From Patescibacteria group bacterium (GTDB lineage: Bacteria; Patescibacteriota; Patescibacteriia; UBA1558; GWA2-36-10), in NCBI GenBank assembly GCA_041665505.1, contig JBAYIR010000005.1:225-64224 (forward strand): a stretch of DNA of 64,000 nucleotides. Reading direction: 5' to 3'. Shown one piece after another: positions 1 to 10,284 of the stretch. The translations under genes and the position numbers were made by a program. The notes under the pieces were generated by a model. The model saw only the letters and a program-made list of their open reading frames with translations. It made no database searches and had not been told where the DNA came from. Numbering within the stretch: the stretch's first letter is position 1; each line of letters begins with the position of its first letter.

Positions 1-456
1 CAAGAAATAGCTAGTCTTTATAATCCTTTATTACCAGCTCAAAGTTTGGTCGACTCAGGTCTGGTCACCAAGTTTATAAATGATAGCTATGCTTATAATA
101 TTTTGCGACCAAAAACTTGGTTAGTAAAAACTCTAGCTGATGTTTTGGATAATGTTCTAGTTTTACCAGATTCAGAAAGTGGTGAGTCATTTAGTATTTT
201 AGCCGAAGATAATTCAGCTGGTCAAACTTTAAATGAAGCTCTAGCTTCTCGAGCGACAGAATTGGGCAGTCCAGCTAATTACCAAAATTATTCTTTAGCT
301 GGTCAACCAGCCTTAAGGTCAAAAGATGGGAGAAATGTAATTAGTATTCATGGCAAGTATATATATGTGATATCTCATTCAGTTAGTCCTTCAGGAGAGG
401 TAAATTTTACCAATATTTTTGAAATGATGCTCAATAGTTTTGCTTGGGTAAATTAA
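1..456 (+). CDS. Hypothetical protein, 5'-truncated, PsbP-like/extracellular C-terminal domain
   Basis: Frame is open from the window start to TAA at 454-456; the C-terminus resembles PsbP-like folds (weak). Confidence 0.55.
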   Translation, partial: QEIASLYNPLLPAQSLVDSGLVTKFINDSYAYNILRPKTWLVKTLADVLDNVLVLPDSESGESFSILAEDNSAGQTLNEALASRATELGSPANYQNYSLAGQPALRSKDGRNVISIHGKYIYVISHSVSPSGEVNFTNIFEMMLNSFAWVN

Positions 457-473
457 TAAAAATTAAATAATAA

Positions 474-887
474 ATGACAGAGTTATTAAATATAAATAAA
501 AGAGGATTAGTAGCTGATTTTTCTTGGCTAGGAATTTTGGAAAAAATTATCAAGACTGATTTTAAATTAAAAAAACAAATATCCATTGCTTTATTAAGTG
601 ACAAAGAAATTCGTGATTTAAATAGAGTTTATAGAAAGAAGAATAAAGTAACTGACGTTTTGTCATTTAATATGGATAGTGATGAGATGCTAGGAGAAGT
701 ATTGATTTGTCTGACTCAAGCTCATCGTCAGGCGAAGGCTAAAAAAAATACTTATCGAGCCGAATTACAACTTTTGACTGTCCATGGTATTTTACATCTT
801 CTGGGCTATGATCATGAAAAAAGCCTAGTAGAAGAAAAAAGACAAGAAATGGCAGAGCATACTATACTGGAAAGATTAAGAAAATAA
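474..887 (+). CDS. ybeY: rRNA maturation endoribonuclease YbeY
   Basis: LNRVYR, TDVLSF and HGILHLLGYDH motifs. Confidence 0.96.
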   Translation: MTELLNINKRGLVADFSWLGILEKIIKTDFKLKKQISIALLSDKEIRDLNRVYRKKNKVTDVLSFNMDSDEMLGEVLICLTQAHRQAKAKKNTYRAELQLLTVHGILHLLGYDHEKSLVEEKRQEMAEHTILERLRK

Positions 888-890
888 TTT

Positions 891-1232
891 ATGGATTGGC
901 AATTTTACAAAAATTTTAGATTTGCTTTTCGTGGACTGAAAACAGTCTTTACAGCCGAAAAAACTTTTCGTTTACATACCCTAATTGCTATCTTGGTAAT
1001 TATTTATTCTTGGTGGCAAGGTATAGAAAAAATATATTGGGTAGTAATTTTAATGATTATTGCTTTGGTAATGGCCTTAGAGATTTTTAATTCAGCCATT
1101 GAAAGATTGGTGGATATGCTGGCTCCTCGTACTCATAATTTTGCCAAAGAAGTAAAAGATTTATTAGCGGCTATGGTGCTTTTGGTGTCACTTTTTGCCG
1201 CGGCTATAGGCTTTATTGTATTTTTGTGGTAA
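891..1232 (+). CDS. dgkA: Diacylglycerol/undecaprenol kinase (DgkA family)
   Basis: FAFRGL...EKTFRLH, EIFNSAIERLVD and KDLLAAMV; three TM helices; follows ybeY. Confidence 0.9.
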   Translation: MDWQFYKNFRFAFRGLKTVFTAEKTFRLHTLIAILVIIYSWWQGIEKIYWVVILMIIALVMALEIFNSAIERLVDMLAPRTHNFAKEVKDLLAAMVLLVSLFAAAIGFIVFLW

Positions 1233-1286
1233 ATCATTTGGCAAATATGGATAATTTAGTTATAATTAGTAATCATAAGATATAAA

Positions 1287-2537
1287 ATGGTCAGCAACAA
1301 AGATATTATCACTGGTCTGGATATTGGTACTAATGCTATTAGGGTAGTTATGGGGCAAAAAATGCCCGATGGCCGCCTCAAGATCATTGGCGCAGCCGAT
1401 ACTCCATCGGAAGGAGTTATTCGCGGTAGCATCAATTCTATTGAAGATGCTGTTTCTTGTATTTCTGAGACTATAGAAAAATGTGAGCGCATGACGGGAC
1501 TGCGTATTGATAAGATGGTAGTCGGTATATCTGGGGGGCATATCAAGACCATTAGTAGTAAAGGAGTAGTAGCTGTAGCCAAAGCCAATGAACAAGTAGA
1601 AGATTCTGATGTGGAGAGAGCTTTGGAAGTAGCAGAAAATACTACTACGATGCCCAATTATGAAATATTACATGTTTTACCAATTAGCTATAATTTAGAC
1701 GATCAAAAAAACATTAGAGAACCACAAGGCATGAGTGGCGTGCGTTTAGAAGTAGAGACACAAGTAGTAATGGCTTTATCTTCTCAGGTCAAAAATATGA
1801 CCAAGGTGATTTATCGCACCGGAGTAGATATAGAGTTTATTGTTTTTTCAATTTTAGCCACAGCTGAAGCAGTTTTAACGACCAAGCAAAAAGAATTAGG
1901 AGTAGCTGTAGTCAATATTGGTTCAGCTACTACATCTTTGGCAATTTTTGAAGAAGGTAATATCTTGCACACAGCAGTTTTACCAGTTGGAGCTGGTCAT
2001 ATCACCAATGATTTGGCAATTGGGCTCAAAACCTCGGTGGAGGTGGCTGAAGCAGTGAAGATAGACCATGGTCAGGCTCTAAGTGGAGATATTTCTAAGA
2101 GAGATGAAGTAGATCTTCATAAATATTCGGAAGATGAGAAAAAAGGTTCTTATGTTTTTAAAAAAGATATAGCTGATATTGCTGAAGCACGACTAGAAGA
2201 AATATTTTCTTTAGTCAAAGATGAATTAAAAGTTATTGACAGAGATGGTAAATTGCCTTCAGGTATTGTACTCACTGGTGGTGGAGCCAAAATGCCTATG
2301 ATTGTTGATTTAGCCAAAGAAATATTAGAACTGCCAGTATTTTTGGGTATGCCAGTAGATAGCAATTTTCCTATTGATAAATTAAATGATACAGAATATA
2401 CTACAGCTCTAGGTTTAGTCTTATGGGCCAATAAAAATATGGAAAATGGTGGTAATTTTTTAAATAACATCTCCGCTATTGGCCAAAGCACAGATAAGAT
2501 GAAAAGATGGTTTAAATCTTTGTGGCCATCTTCATAA
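1287..2537 (+). CDS. ftsA: Cell division protein FtsA
   Basis: GLDIGT and GIVLTGGGA actin-like motifs; C-terminal amphipathic helix; directly upstream of ftsZ. Confidence 0.97.
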   Translation: MVSNKDIITGLDIGTNAIRVVMGQKMPDGRLKIIGAADTPSEGVIRGSINSIEDAVSCISETIEKCERMTGLRIDKMVVGISGGHIKTISSKGVVAVAKANEQVEDSDVERALEVAENTTTMPNYEILHVLPISYNLDDQKNIREPQGMSGVRLEVETQVVMALSSQVKNMTKVIYRTGVDIEFIVFSILATAEAVLTTKQKELGVAVVNIGSATTSLAIFEEGNILHTAVLPVGAGHITNDLAIGLKTSVEVAEAVKIDHGQALSGDISKRDEVDLHKYSEDEKKGSYVFKKDIADIAEARLEEIFSLVKDELKVIDRDGKLPSGIVLTGGGAKMPMIVDLAKEILELPVFLGMPVDSNFPIDKLNDTEYTTALGLVLWANKNMENGGNFLNNISAIGQSTDKMKRWFKSLWPSS

Positions 2538-2565
2538 AATTATATTTATTTAAATTATAAAAATA

Positions 2566-3750
2566 ATGTTAAAAAAGAATATCAAAGAAGTAATACCTCC
2601 AGTCGAGACTTTTGCTAATATAAAAGTAATCGGTGTCGGTGGTTCTGGTGGATCAGCTATTAATCGTATGGTGGCTGCTAAAATTAGGGGTGTAGATTTT
2701 ATTGCTATAAATACTGATGCTCAGGCTTTACATAGTTCTATTGCACCAAATAAAATTCACATTGGCAAAACTACTACCAAAGGTTTGGGAGCGGGTATGA
2801 ATCCAGACTTAGGACTTAAAAGTGCTGAAGAAAATGAAGCTGATATCATTGGGCATCTACAGGGAGCAGATATGGTTTTTATTACTTGTGGATTGGGTGG
2901 TGGCACTGGCACTGGTGCAGCACCACTGATAGCCGATTTAGCCAGAGAAGCTGGAGCACTGACAGTAGCAGTAGTAACCAAACCTTTTACTTTTGAGGGG
3001 GTACATAGAAAAGATATAGCCGAAAGAGGTCTAGAAAAGTTGATGGATAAAGTAGATACTATTATTACTATTCCCAACGATAGATTGTTGCAGATTATTG
3101 ATAAAAAAACTTCTTTACTAGAAGCTTTTTCTATTGTTGATGAGGTCTTAAAGCAAGGTGTTCAAGGAATTTCAGAAGTTATTACTGTGCCCGGTCTAGT
3201 TAATGTAGATTTTGCTGATGTCAAAACTATCATGAGCCAATCGGGTAGTGCCCTAATGGGTATTGGTAATGCTAGTGGAGAAAATAGAGCTAGAGATGCT
3301 GCTAAAGCGGCTATAGATAGTCCGTTATTAGAATTGTCCATCAATGGTGCTACTGGTGTATTGTTTACTATCTCCGGCAGTAGTGATTTATCTATGTTTG
3401 AGGTCAATGAGGCCGCTGAAGTAATTACCGCCAACTGTGATCCAGAAGCTAGAATTATTTTTGGTACAGTGATTGACGAAGCCTTGGGCGATGAAGTAAA
3501 AGTGACAGTTATTGCCACTGGTTTTAAAGCCAATGACAATATGTCAAATAAATCTAGTGTCTCTTCAGAATTAAGTATGAGTCATCCCGAAGCCTTTGCC
3601 AAAAAATCAGAGGAAAGAAGAGAAAAACAGGCTTTTGAAAAAAGAAGAGATGATAGAGCTGAAGAAGAAGTAACAGAGTTACCAAAGAGTAAAAAAGAAG
3701 AAGAGCTTGATATACCAGCTTTTTTACGCAAAAAATTAAGAAGTAGATAG
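2566..3750 (+). CDS. ftsZ: Cell division GTPase FtsZ
   Basis: GGGTGTG tubulin signature, NVDFAD and C-terminal LDIPAFLR. Confidence 0.99.
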   Translation: MLKKNIKEVIPPVETFANIKVIGVGGSGGSAINRMVAAKIRGVDFIAINTDAQALHSSIAPNKIHIGKTTTKGLGAGMNPDLGLKSAEENEADIIGHLQGADMVFITCGLGGGTGTGAAPLIADLAREAGALTVAVVTKPFTFEGVHRKDIAERGLEKLMDKVDTIITIPNDRLLQIIDKKTSLLEAFSIVDEVLKQGVQGISEVITVPGLVNVDFADVKTIMSQSGSALMGIGNASGENRARDAAKAAIDSPLLELSINGATGVLFTISGSSDLSMFEVNEAAEVITANCDPEARIIFGTVIDEALGDEVKVTVIATGFKANDNMSNKSSVSSELSMSHPEAFAKKSEERREKQAFEKRRDDRAEEEVTELPKSKKEEELDIPAFLRKKLRSR

Positions 3751-3753
3751 TCG

Positions 3754-4221
3754 ATGAATTGCCCAGTTTGCAATCATAAAGATACCAAAGTAAGAGACTC
3801 TCGTCTTAGTGGCGAGGGTTTTAGTATTCGTCGTCGCCGTTTATGTCAAAAATGTCATTTTCGTTTTTCTACTATTGAAGAAACAGAGCTTTTGGATTTG
3901 ATAGTTATTAAACGTGATGGACACAGGGAAAATTATGATAAAGACAAATTAATTCGTGGTCTGAGGACATCTTTGGAAAAAAGACAATATTTAGCAGAAA
4001 ATTTTCATAAACTTATCAATGATATTGAAAGAGATATTCAAAAAACATCTAAAAATGAAATTACTTCCAAGCAGTTGGGTGAGATAGTGATGAAAAGATT
4101 AAAATCTTTTGATCAGGTTGCTTATATCAGGTATGCTTCTGTTTATAGGTCTTTCAAGGATGCTGAGACTTTTCAAAGGGAGCTTAATCAACTTTTAAAA
4201 AAGAAAAAAAAGATTAAATAG
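3754..4221 (+). CDS. nrdR: Transcriptional repressor NrdR
   Basis: CPVC...RRRRLCQKC zinc ribbon, ATP-cone and AYIRYASVY. Confidence 0.97.
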   Translation: MNCPVCNHKDTKVRDSRLSGEGFSIRRRRLCQKCHFRFSTIEETELLDLIVIKRDGHRENYDKDKLIRGLRTSLEKRQYLAENFHKLINDIERDIQKTSKNEITSKQLGEIVMKRLKSFDQVAYIRYASVYRSFKDAETFQRELNQLLKKKKKIK

Positions 4222-4289
4222 TTATACACTTGTCACTCCATTTTTTCTGTGATAAGCTCAGATTACTTTTACGAAGCATTTTAACAATC

Positions 4290-4375
4290 AAATCAGGGAA
4301 GTGAGGTGAGATTCCTCCACAGTCCTAGCTACGGTAGTCTGGTATTTGCCAGATGATAGTCCGACACCTGAGATA
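4290..4375 (+). ncRNA. Cobalamin riboswitch (compact class)
   Basis: CAGGGAA-GTGAGGTGAGATTCCTCCAC-AGTCC...CTACGGT...AGTCCGACACCTG follows the B12-box order (GGGAA, GGTG-n-A-A/T-TCC T-loop, ACnGT, AG-CC-GA-ACCTG); TCAGG/CCTGA closes the stem. Confidence 0.85.
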
Positions 4376-4431
4376 TTTACTTTCTCCTAAGGAGAGAAGG
4401 GTTAAATTTATTAACAATCATAATAATTTTA

Positions 4432-4467
4432 CCTCTGCTTTTCTTAGGCAGGGATTTTTTATTTTTT
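4432..4467 (+). terminator. Intrinsic terminator, putative riboswitch expression platform
   Basis: CTCTGCTT-ttctt-AGGCAGGG hairpin followed by T tracts, just before the ATG at 4492. Confidence 0.7.
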
Positions 4468-4491
4468 GTTTATAAAAATTATTATAATACT

Positions 4492-6267
4492 ATGAAAAAA
4501 TTTATTCTTACTATTTTTGCTCTAGTTATTTTTGTCAGCCCCAATTTGATTTTAGCTGATAATGACAATACTATTGCCTATTTACAAGGGCAAAGTCAAA
4601 ATACTTGGATTAGCCAAGCTTTGGCAGCTGCGACGGCGGGTGGCATTGATATTAGCTATCTTGATTATCAAACTACAGATTTGATGGCGGCCTCTAAAAA
4701 TATTTTGACTTTAGCAGCCGTTGAATCACAAGACACAGATAATATTAGACAATTATTATCAGTTATAGAGTCTAGCAAGAATAATGGTCAATTTGGTTCA
4801 AGTGATTTACTCAATGATGATTTTTGGGTTTTAATGGCCTTGGCCTCGGTCAATCAATTAGCTGACACAGACAGTGCTAAAAATTTTATCTTAGACCATC
4901 AAAATACTGATGGAGGCTGGAGTTGGTCAGCTAGTGGCACTTCAGATAGCAATGACACAGCCGCAGCTATTATGGCTTTACTTGATTTAGGTTTAGATAG
5001 TAGCTCAACAGCGATTGTTAATGCTTTAGCTTATTTACAGACTAGCCAAAATGCCGATGGAGGTTTTGCTTATGATCTTGATAGTAGCTCCGATGGAGCT
5101 TCTACGGCTTGGGTTATTGCCGCTTTAAATAAAGCCAATATTTCGGCTAGCTCTTGGCAAAAAGATAATAATGATCCAATATCTTTTTTGGAAAGTTTAA
5201 GACAAGATAATGGTTCGTTTTTATGGATGCCTAGTGACGGGCAAGGTTCAACTATGGTGACAGCTTATGCCTTAGTAGCTTTAAGTGGCAAAGCTTATCC
5301 TATAAATTATATAGATATAGCAATAAATGAAGAAGTACTTGGTGGGCATAGTTTGCGTATTGAAGGACCAGCTGGCACTATTTGCCTAGCCAACAATTTA
5401 GAAGCTACTACAGTTTTGGAATTATTAGAGGCAGGTTCTAATGTTTGTGATTTTGAATATATTAGTCAAGATAGTGCTTATGGTGTTTATATTTCAGCTA
5501 TTGATGGAGTAAGTGCCTCTGGTATGGATGGTTGGCAATATTTTGTCGATTGGCAAGCTGGTATGTTGGCTGTGACAGATTTTATTTTAGAAGATAATCA
5601 AGAAGTGTTGTGGGCTTATGGAGGTTGGCCTTTTTATCCAGTTAAATTGGAAGTAAATGATAGTCATTTTGAGGTGGGAGAGACTTTGATGGTTGATTTT
5701 AAATATTACAACGGAGAGTCATGGTTGCCTTTGGCGGGAGCGGGCATAGTTTTTGGGGCAGAGACTTATTCTACTGATGCCAGTGGTCAATTTAGTTTGG
5801 TTCTGGATAGTGAGGGAATTTTCCCTATTTTTTCTCAGCCTAGTAGCACTTATGCCAGAAGCAATAAAGAATATATAGTAGTCGGTAGTGGCATTTCTCA
5901 AACAGTTGATTTATCAGTTAATGTAGAATCTGATGATGGTGGTGGAGTAGAAGAGGATGATGTGATTGCTTTTAATGTGGATAGATCAAGTATTAATTTT
6001 GGTACTTTAAATCCTGGTCAAGCCGTTGATACTATTGTATCTTTGTCCAATACCGGTAACGTTAATATCTATATCGAAGCTAGTGTTTTAGGGGATCAAG
6101 TTTTTACAGACTTTACCAGCTTAGATCAAGATCAATGGTCAGACTATAATCTTGATTTAGCCACAGGCTCCAGTGAAGCAGTAAATGTGGGGCTAGCTAT
6201 TCCTAGTAGTTTTTCGGCTTTAGGTCAAAAACAAGGCCAATTGATTTTTTGGGGTATTAATCAGTAA
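4492..6267 (+). CDS. Secreted protein with prenyltransferase/squalene-oxidase-repeat barrel, DUF4430 (transcobalamin-like) domain and Ig-like domains; probable cobalamin-binding protein
   Basis: Signal peptide; QNTDGGW, QNADGGF and QDNGSF repeats; YGVYISAIDG..GWQYFVD...DNQEVLWAY segment; sits behind a B12 riboswitch. Confidence 0.75.
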   Translation: MKKFILTIFALVIFVSPNLILADNDNTIAYLQGQSQNTWISQALAAATAGGIDISYLDYQTTDLMAASKNILTLAAVESQDTDNIRQLLSVIESSKNNGQFGSSDLLNDDFWVLMALASVNQLADTDSAKNFILDHQNTDGGWSWSASGTSDSNDTAAAIMALLDLGLDSSSTAIVNALAYLQTSQNADGGFAYDLDSSSDGASTAWVIAALNKANISASSWQKDNNDPISFLESLRQDNGSFLWMPSDGQGSTMVTAYALVALSGKAYPINYIDIAINEEVLGGHSLRIEGPAGTICLANNLEATTVLELLEAGSNVCDFEYISQDSAYGVYISAIDGVSASGMDGWQYFVDWQAGMLAVTDFILEDNQEVLWAYGGWPFYPVKLEVNDSHFEVGETLMVDFKYYNGESWLPLAGAGIVFGAETYSTDASGQFSLVLDSEGIFPIFSQPSSTYARSNKEYIVVGSGISQTVDLSVNVESDDGGGVEEDDVIAFNVDRSSINFGTLNPGQAVDTIVSLSNTGNVNIYIEASVLGDQVFTDFTSLDQDQWSDYNLDLATGSSEAVNVGLAIPSSFSALGQKQGQLIFWGINQ

Positions 6268-6272
6268 AAATA

Positions 6273-6836
6273 ATGAAAGCTTTTAAAATATTTTTATTTA
6301 TATTGTTTTTTCTGCCTCTGCCATCTCAGGCTGTTGGTATTTCTGTCCAGCCATCTTCTATAGATTTATTATCGCCAGACGTAGTTGAAAAAAAACTTAG
6401 TGTCAAAAATATTTCTAAAGAACCAATAGTAGTCCATATTTATGTAGATGATTTTTCGGATAATATAAACATAGAACCAAATGAATTTGAACTTTTACCT
6501 GAGCAAGTGACGTCAGTCAGAATTTCTGGGGATTTTAGTAATTTTTCAGCTGGCACCCAAAAAACCAATATATCAGTTTTGTCTAAGGCTTTAGACAAAA
6601 AAAGTTTTAATGCTATTTCTGGTATCAAAATTCCACTGAGCATTTATATAAATAAAGATTACTTTCAGTGGTCAGGTCCAGCTGTTTTTGTAGTGGTGTT
6701 TTTGGGTGGCCTAATCATTTTTTATCTATTTAGAGTTTTTGTTAGGATTTTTAGTAAGCAAAAAAAGAAAGGCCACTGGTTTTCCATTAATCTATTGGTC
6801 CATCATAAAAAAAAGAGCTGGTATAAATGGCGCTAG
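6273..6836 (+). CDS. Exported Ig-like protein with C-terminal TM anchor
   Basis: Signal peptide, beta-rich core, TM helix and basic tail; 5 bp after the previous gene. Confidence 0.7.
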   Translation: MKAFKIFLFILFFLPLPSQAVGISVQPSSIDLLSPDVVEKKLSVKNISKEPIVVHIYVDDFSDNINIEPNEFELLPEQVTSVRISGDFSNFSAGTQKTNISVLSKALDKKSFNAISGIKIPLSIYINKDYFQWSGPAVFVVVFLGGLIIFYLFRVFVRIFSKQKKKGHWFSINLLVHHKKKSWYKWR

Positions 6837-6996
6837 GCATATAAAATAACAATAAGCTATTATTTTTTTAATTCTGCAAACGTAGCCGAAGGGCTATTTT
6901 TTTGCTATAATCAAGATAATAAAAGTTAATATATTTATTATTAGCTAGTAGTATTTGGCTTTTAGTAGCAATTTAATAGAATAAATAACAATTATT

Positions 6997-7359
6997 ATGA
7001 TGGACGAAGAATTAAAAAGAATTATCAACCAAAATCAAGAAACTTTGGCCGATATTGACAAAAGATTGCATCGTATTGAAAAAAAATTCGTTTGGAATGG
7101 TATTTTTGGCTTTATAAAAACTTTTATTATTTTAGCACCAATCATTGTTGGTGCTATTTACCTGACGCCAATTCTAAAAGATTATATCAAAATCTTTGAG
7201 CCAATTTTTAGAAACATGCCACTGACTTTACAGAATCTAAGTAATGCTTCTTCGCAAATAAATAAAGGAACCAATGAAGCATCTGGGCAAGTCAATGGTT
7301 TAGAGGCTTTCTGTAACCAAGAGTCTCGTCAAGCGATGGTTGACCAACTTTGTCAGTAA
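6997..7359 (+). CDS. Hypothetical membrane protein
   Basis: Coiled-coil N-terminus and one TM segment; TGCTATAAT promoter element near 6903. Confidence 0.7.
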   Translation: MMDEELKRIINQNQETLADIDKRLHRIEKKFVWNGIFGFIKTFIILAPIIVGAIYLTPILKDYIKIFEPIFRNMPLTLQNLSNASSQINKGTNEASGQVNGLEAFCNQESRQAMVDQLCQ

Positions 7360-8455
7360 AAAAATATCAGTGGAAGAACTACGTACTAAAATAAAAGAAC
7401 TGCATTCTGAAATTTCCAAAGCTTTGGACATTTTGGATTTGGCCAATAAGAAAAATAAAGTAATAGCCTTAAAACAAGAGATGATTGCTCCTGATTTTTG
7501 GAATGATCAGGATAGAGCCAAAACAATTAGTCTAGAAGCTAGTGTTTTAGAAGGGCAGATTGATGTTTGGCAGACTTTAGTTAAAGAAGTGTCCGAACTT
7601 TCTGAGATGTCACAAGATAAACAAGCTGATGAATTATTAATTGATATCCAAAATAAATATCAAAGTCTTGACAGTCAATTTAAAGATTTATCACAGCAGC
7701 TTTATTTACAGGGTAAGCATGACCATTTACCAGCTATTGTTACTATCAATGCTGGAGCCGGAGGAGTGGATGCTCAAGATTGGGCACAGATGGTAGAAAG
7801 AATGTATCTTCGTTTGGCTGAAAAAAATAATTGGACGCTTAGTTATTTATCTCGTTCTATGGGAGCGGAAGCGGGTATAAAAAGTGCTACTTTCAAAATC
7901 AATGGTTTGTATGCTTATGGTTATCTCAAAAATGAAGCTGGTGTGCATCGTTTGGTGAGGCTTTCTCCATATGATGGCGATCACGCTAGACATACTTCTT
8001 TTGCTATGTTAGAAGTGTTACCAGAATTATTACAAACAGATATGGATATTAAAGATGATGATTTAAAGATAGATACTTTCAGATCTTCTGGTAATGGTGG
8101 ACAGTCTGTCAACACTACTGATTCAGCTGTTCGTATTACTCATTTACCAACCGGTATTTCTACTAGTTGTCAAAATGAAAGATCACAGTTACAAAATAAA
8201 AAACAAGCTCTTGCTTATTTATATGGTAAACTGCAAAAATATTATGAAGCAGAAAGAGAGGAAGAAAAAAAATTACTCAAAGGAGAATATACAGAAGCAG
8301 CTTGGGGCAATCAAATCAGATCATATGTTATCCATCCTTATAAAATGGTCAAAGATCATCGTACTAATTTTCAATCCAAAGACCCAGACAGAGTGTTAGA
8401 CGGGGATTTGATGCCTTTTATCAGAGCAAATTTGGAAAAAAATGTAGTGGCTTAA
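7340..8455 (+). CDS. prfB: Peptide chain release factor 2 (start uncertain: TTG 7340 or GTG 7370)
   Basis: GAGGVDAQDW, GVHRLVRLSPY, GGQ and WGNQIRSYV; continuous frame. Confidence 0.95.
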   Translation: MTNFVSKKISVEELRTKIKELHSEISKALDILDLANKKNKVIALKQEMIAPDFWNDQDRAKTISLEASVLEGQIDVWQTLVKEVSELSEMSQDKQADELLIDIQNKYQSLDSQFKDLSQQLYLQGKHDHLPAIVTINAGAGGVDAQDWAQMVERMYLRLAEKNNWTLSYLSRSMGAEAGIKSATFKINGLYAYGYLKNEAGVHRLVRLSPYDGDHARHTSFAMLEVLPELLQTDMDIKDDDLKIDTFRSSGNGGQSVNTTDSAVRITHLPTGISTSCQNERSQLQNKKQALAYLYGKLQKYYEAEREEEKKLLKGEYTEAAWGNQIRSYVIHPYKMVKDHRTNFQSKDPDRVLDGDLMPFIRANLEKNVVA

Positions 8456-8479
8456 GATATTTTGTGCTATAATAAATAT

Positions 8480-9958
8480 ATGTTTGAACACTTAGGACCA
8501 GTTCCAGAAGTCAGGATGAGTAAAAAAGAAACAAATTATAAATTGTATTTGAGTTTGTTATTTTTTTCAGTTGTTGTTTTTGTTTTTTCTATGGGTGTCA
8601 GTAGAGGGCCAAGCTCCAAGGCAGAGGAATCAGCTACTTTGTCAGCTCAGGTTTTTGTTGACTCAAGTGATAAAAAAATTGTCTCCACTGCCAAAAATTT
8701 TTCAGTTTTCGATTTCGTCATAGATATTAACCAAAATAATACCTCTCTTTATAAATTAAATATTTTAGCCAATGGTGTTTATGATTTAAATGTTATTGGT
8801 GATCTAAAATTATTTCACGAAGGTGTGCAGCTAGGTCAAATAGATAAGATGGATCAAAATGGTAAAATATATTTTGATTTAGCTGAGTATCAGCTCAAAG
8901 CTGGCAAAAATACATTCTCTTTATTTTTCAACAATGGAGATAGTCTTAGCCCAGGACTGGCTCTAAGTTTTAGTATTTCTGACCAAGAAGATATATTTTT
9001 GATTAAAGATGGACATGTGTTTAGACCACAAGCAGATTTTCCTATTGCTGGAGGCCTAGTATCAGTTTTAGAAAAAGGTGAAGCCTTGGCTTCTAATCTT
9101 TATGTAGTCAATGATTTTTTAATTAACTCTGATGTCCCACAACAAGTGGCTTCTTTTGAGCTTAGCTCTATTGGTGAAAAATTGGATCTTAGGCAAATAA
9201 AATTATCTTACCAAGATTTAGAGAGTGATGATTATCCAGATTTGGATTTTGTCTTAATACATAATAAGCAACCATTAGCTCAGGCCACCTCTAGGCAAGG
9301 AGAAATTATATTTGTTTTGCCAGAGACTATAATTCTTCAGGATTTACAAAGGGAACAATTTGATTTACATGTTATAGCAATGCCAGTTGGGCGTTATCAA
9401 TTTTTTATAAAAGATATTTTAGCTCAAGGAGCTCTATCGGGTTTGGATATTTCATTGCTTGATAAATTAGCTTTAAGTAGTGTCGAAGCTAGTAAGTATT
9501 TTATACAACTTCAAGCCGGTGATTTGGACAAAAAATTATCAGCTGGCTGGAATAAAATTTATAGTTTGAATATCAAAACCAAGGGTATAGATAAAGCTTA
9601 TTTAGATAGAATAACTTGGCAGATAGACAAACAAAATTTAGATATTGAGTCTGTGGAAATTTGGAAAAATGGTCAGCCTTATATTGCTAATGTGGTTTTA
9701 AAAGATAATATGATTATTGTCAAAACAGATGCTTCAAATCCTTTGGAGATTTCTCAAACCGACACTGAAATTTCACTTTTAGCTAATATAGTTAATTTAG
9801 AGCCAAAAGCCAAGATAGAAGCCTTTGTTTTGCCTGACTATCAGCCAATTGATGAAGATCTTCTTTTAGGTAATATTATTTGGTCAGATGGAGAGAATTT
9901 TTATAATAGTTATAAAATACCATATTTACCACTAGAGCCGAGTATTTTGGCTAATTAA
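8480..9958 (+). CDS. Membrane-anchored beta-rich surface protein, hypothetical
   Basis: Long ORF with an N-terminal TM helix and repeated beta-sandwich-like segments. Confidence 0.7.
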   Translation: MFEHLGPVPEVRMSKKETNYKLYLSLLFFSVVVFVFSMGVSRGPSSKAEESATLSAQVFVDSSDKKIVSTAKNFSVFDFVIDINQNNTSLYKLNILANGVYDLNVIGDLKLFHEGVQLGQIDKMDQNGKIYFDLAEYQLKAGKNTFSLFFNNGDSLSPGLALSFSISDQEDIFLIKDGHVFRPQADFPIAGGLVSVLEKGEALASNLYVVNDFLINSDVPQQVASFELSSIGEKLDLRQIKLSYQDLESDDYPDLDFVLIHNKQPLAQATSRQGEIIFVLPETIILQDLQREQFDLHVIAMPVGRYQFFIKDILAQGALSGLDISLLDKLALSSVEASKYFIQLQAGDLDKKLSAGWNKIYSLNIKTKGIDKAYLDRITWQIDKQNLDIESVEIWKNGQPYIANVVLKDNMIIVKTDASNPLEISQTDTEISLLANIVNLEPKAKIEAFVLPDYQPIDEDLLLGNIIWSDGENFYNSYKIPYLPLEPSILAN

Positions 9959-10089
9959 TAATTCTAGCAGAATATAATAAAACATTCACTTATTTGGTGG
10001 ATGTTTTTTAGGTAGGTCTTTTCTTATATCTATGCTATAATTTATTTTCAATTTTTAATTAATAAAAATTATAAATAAAATAAATAGTA

Positions 10090-10173
10090 ATGAAGAGTAA
10101 AGATAATTTAATAGTTTTAGGTACAATAATAATTTTTATTTTGGGATTTTCCATAATAATTTTTGATGTCTAG
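10090..10173 (+). CDS. Candidate 27-aa single-TM peptide MKSKDNLIVLGTIIIFILGFSIIIFDV
   Basis: ATG..TAG below the ORF-track cutoff; TGCTATAAT near 10032 upstream; basic N-terminus plus hydrophobic stretch. Confidence 0.35.
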   Translation: MKSKDNLIVLGTIIIFILGFSIIIFDV

Positions 10174-10284
10174 CGTCATTTTAAACGGAATTGACAAATA
10201 AATATAAATAGGCTTAAATAGGACTTGAGGAAGAAGAATTAATCCTCCTTCGCTAAAGCTGGGGAGGATTGGAAGGTGATTTTG

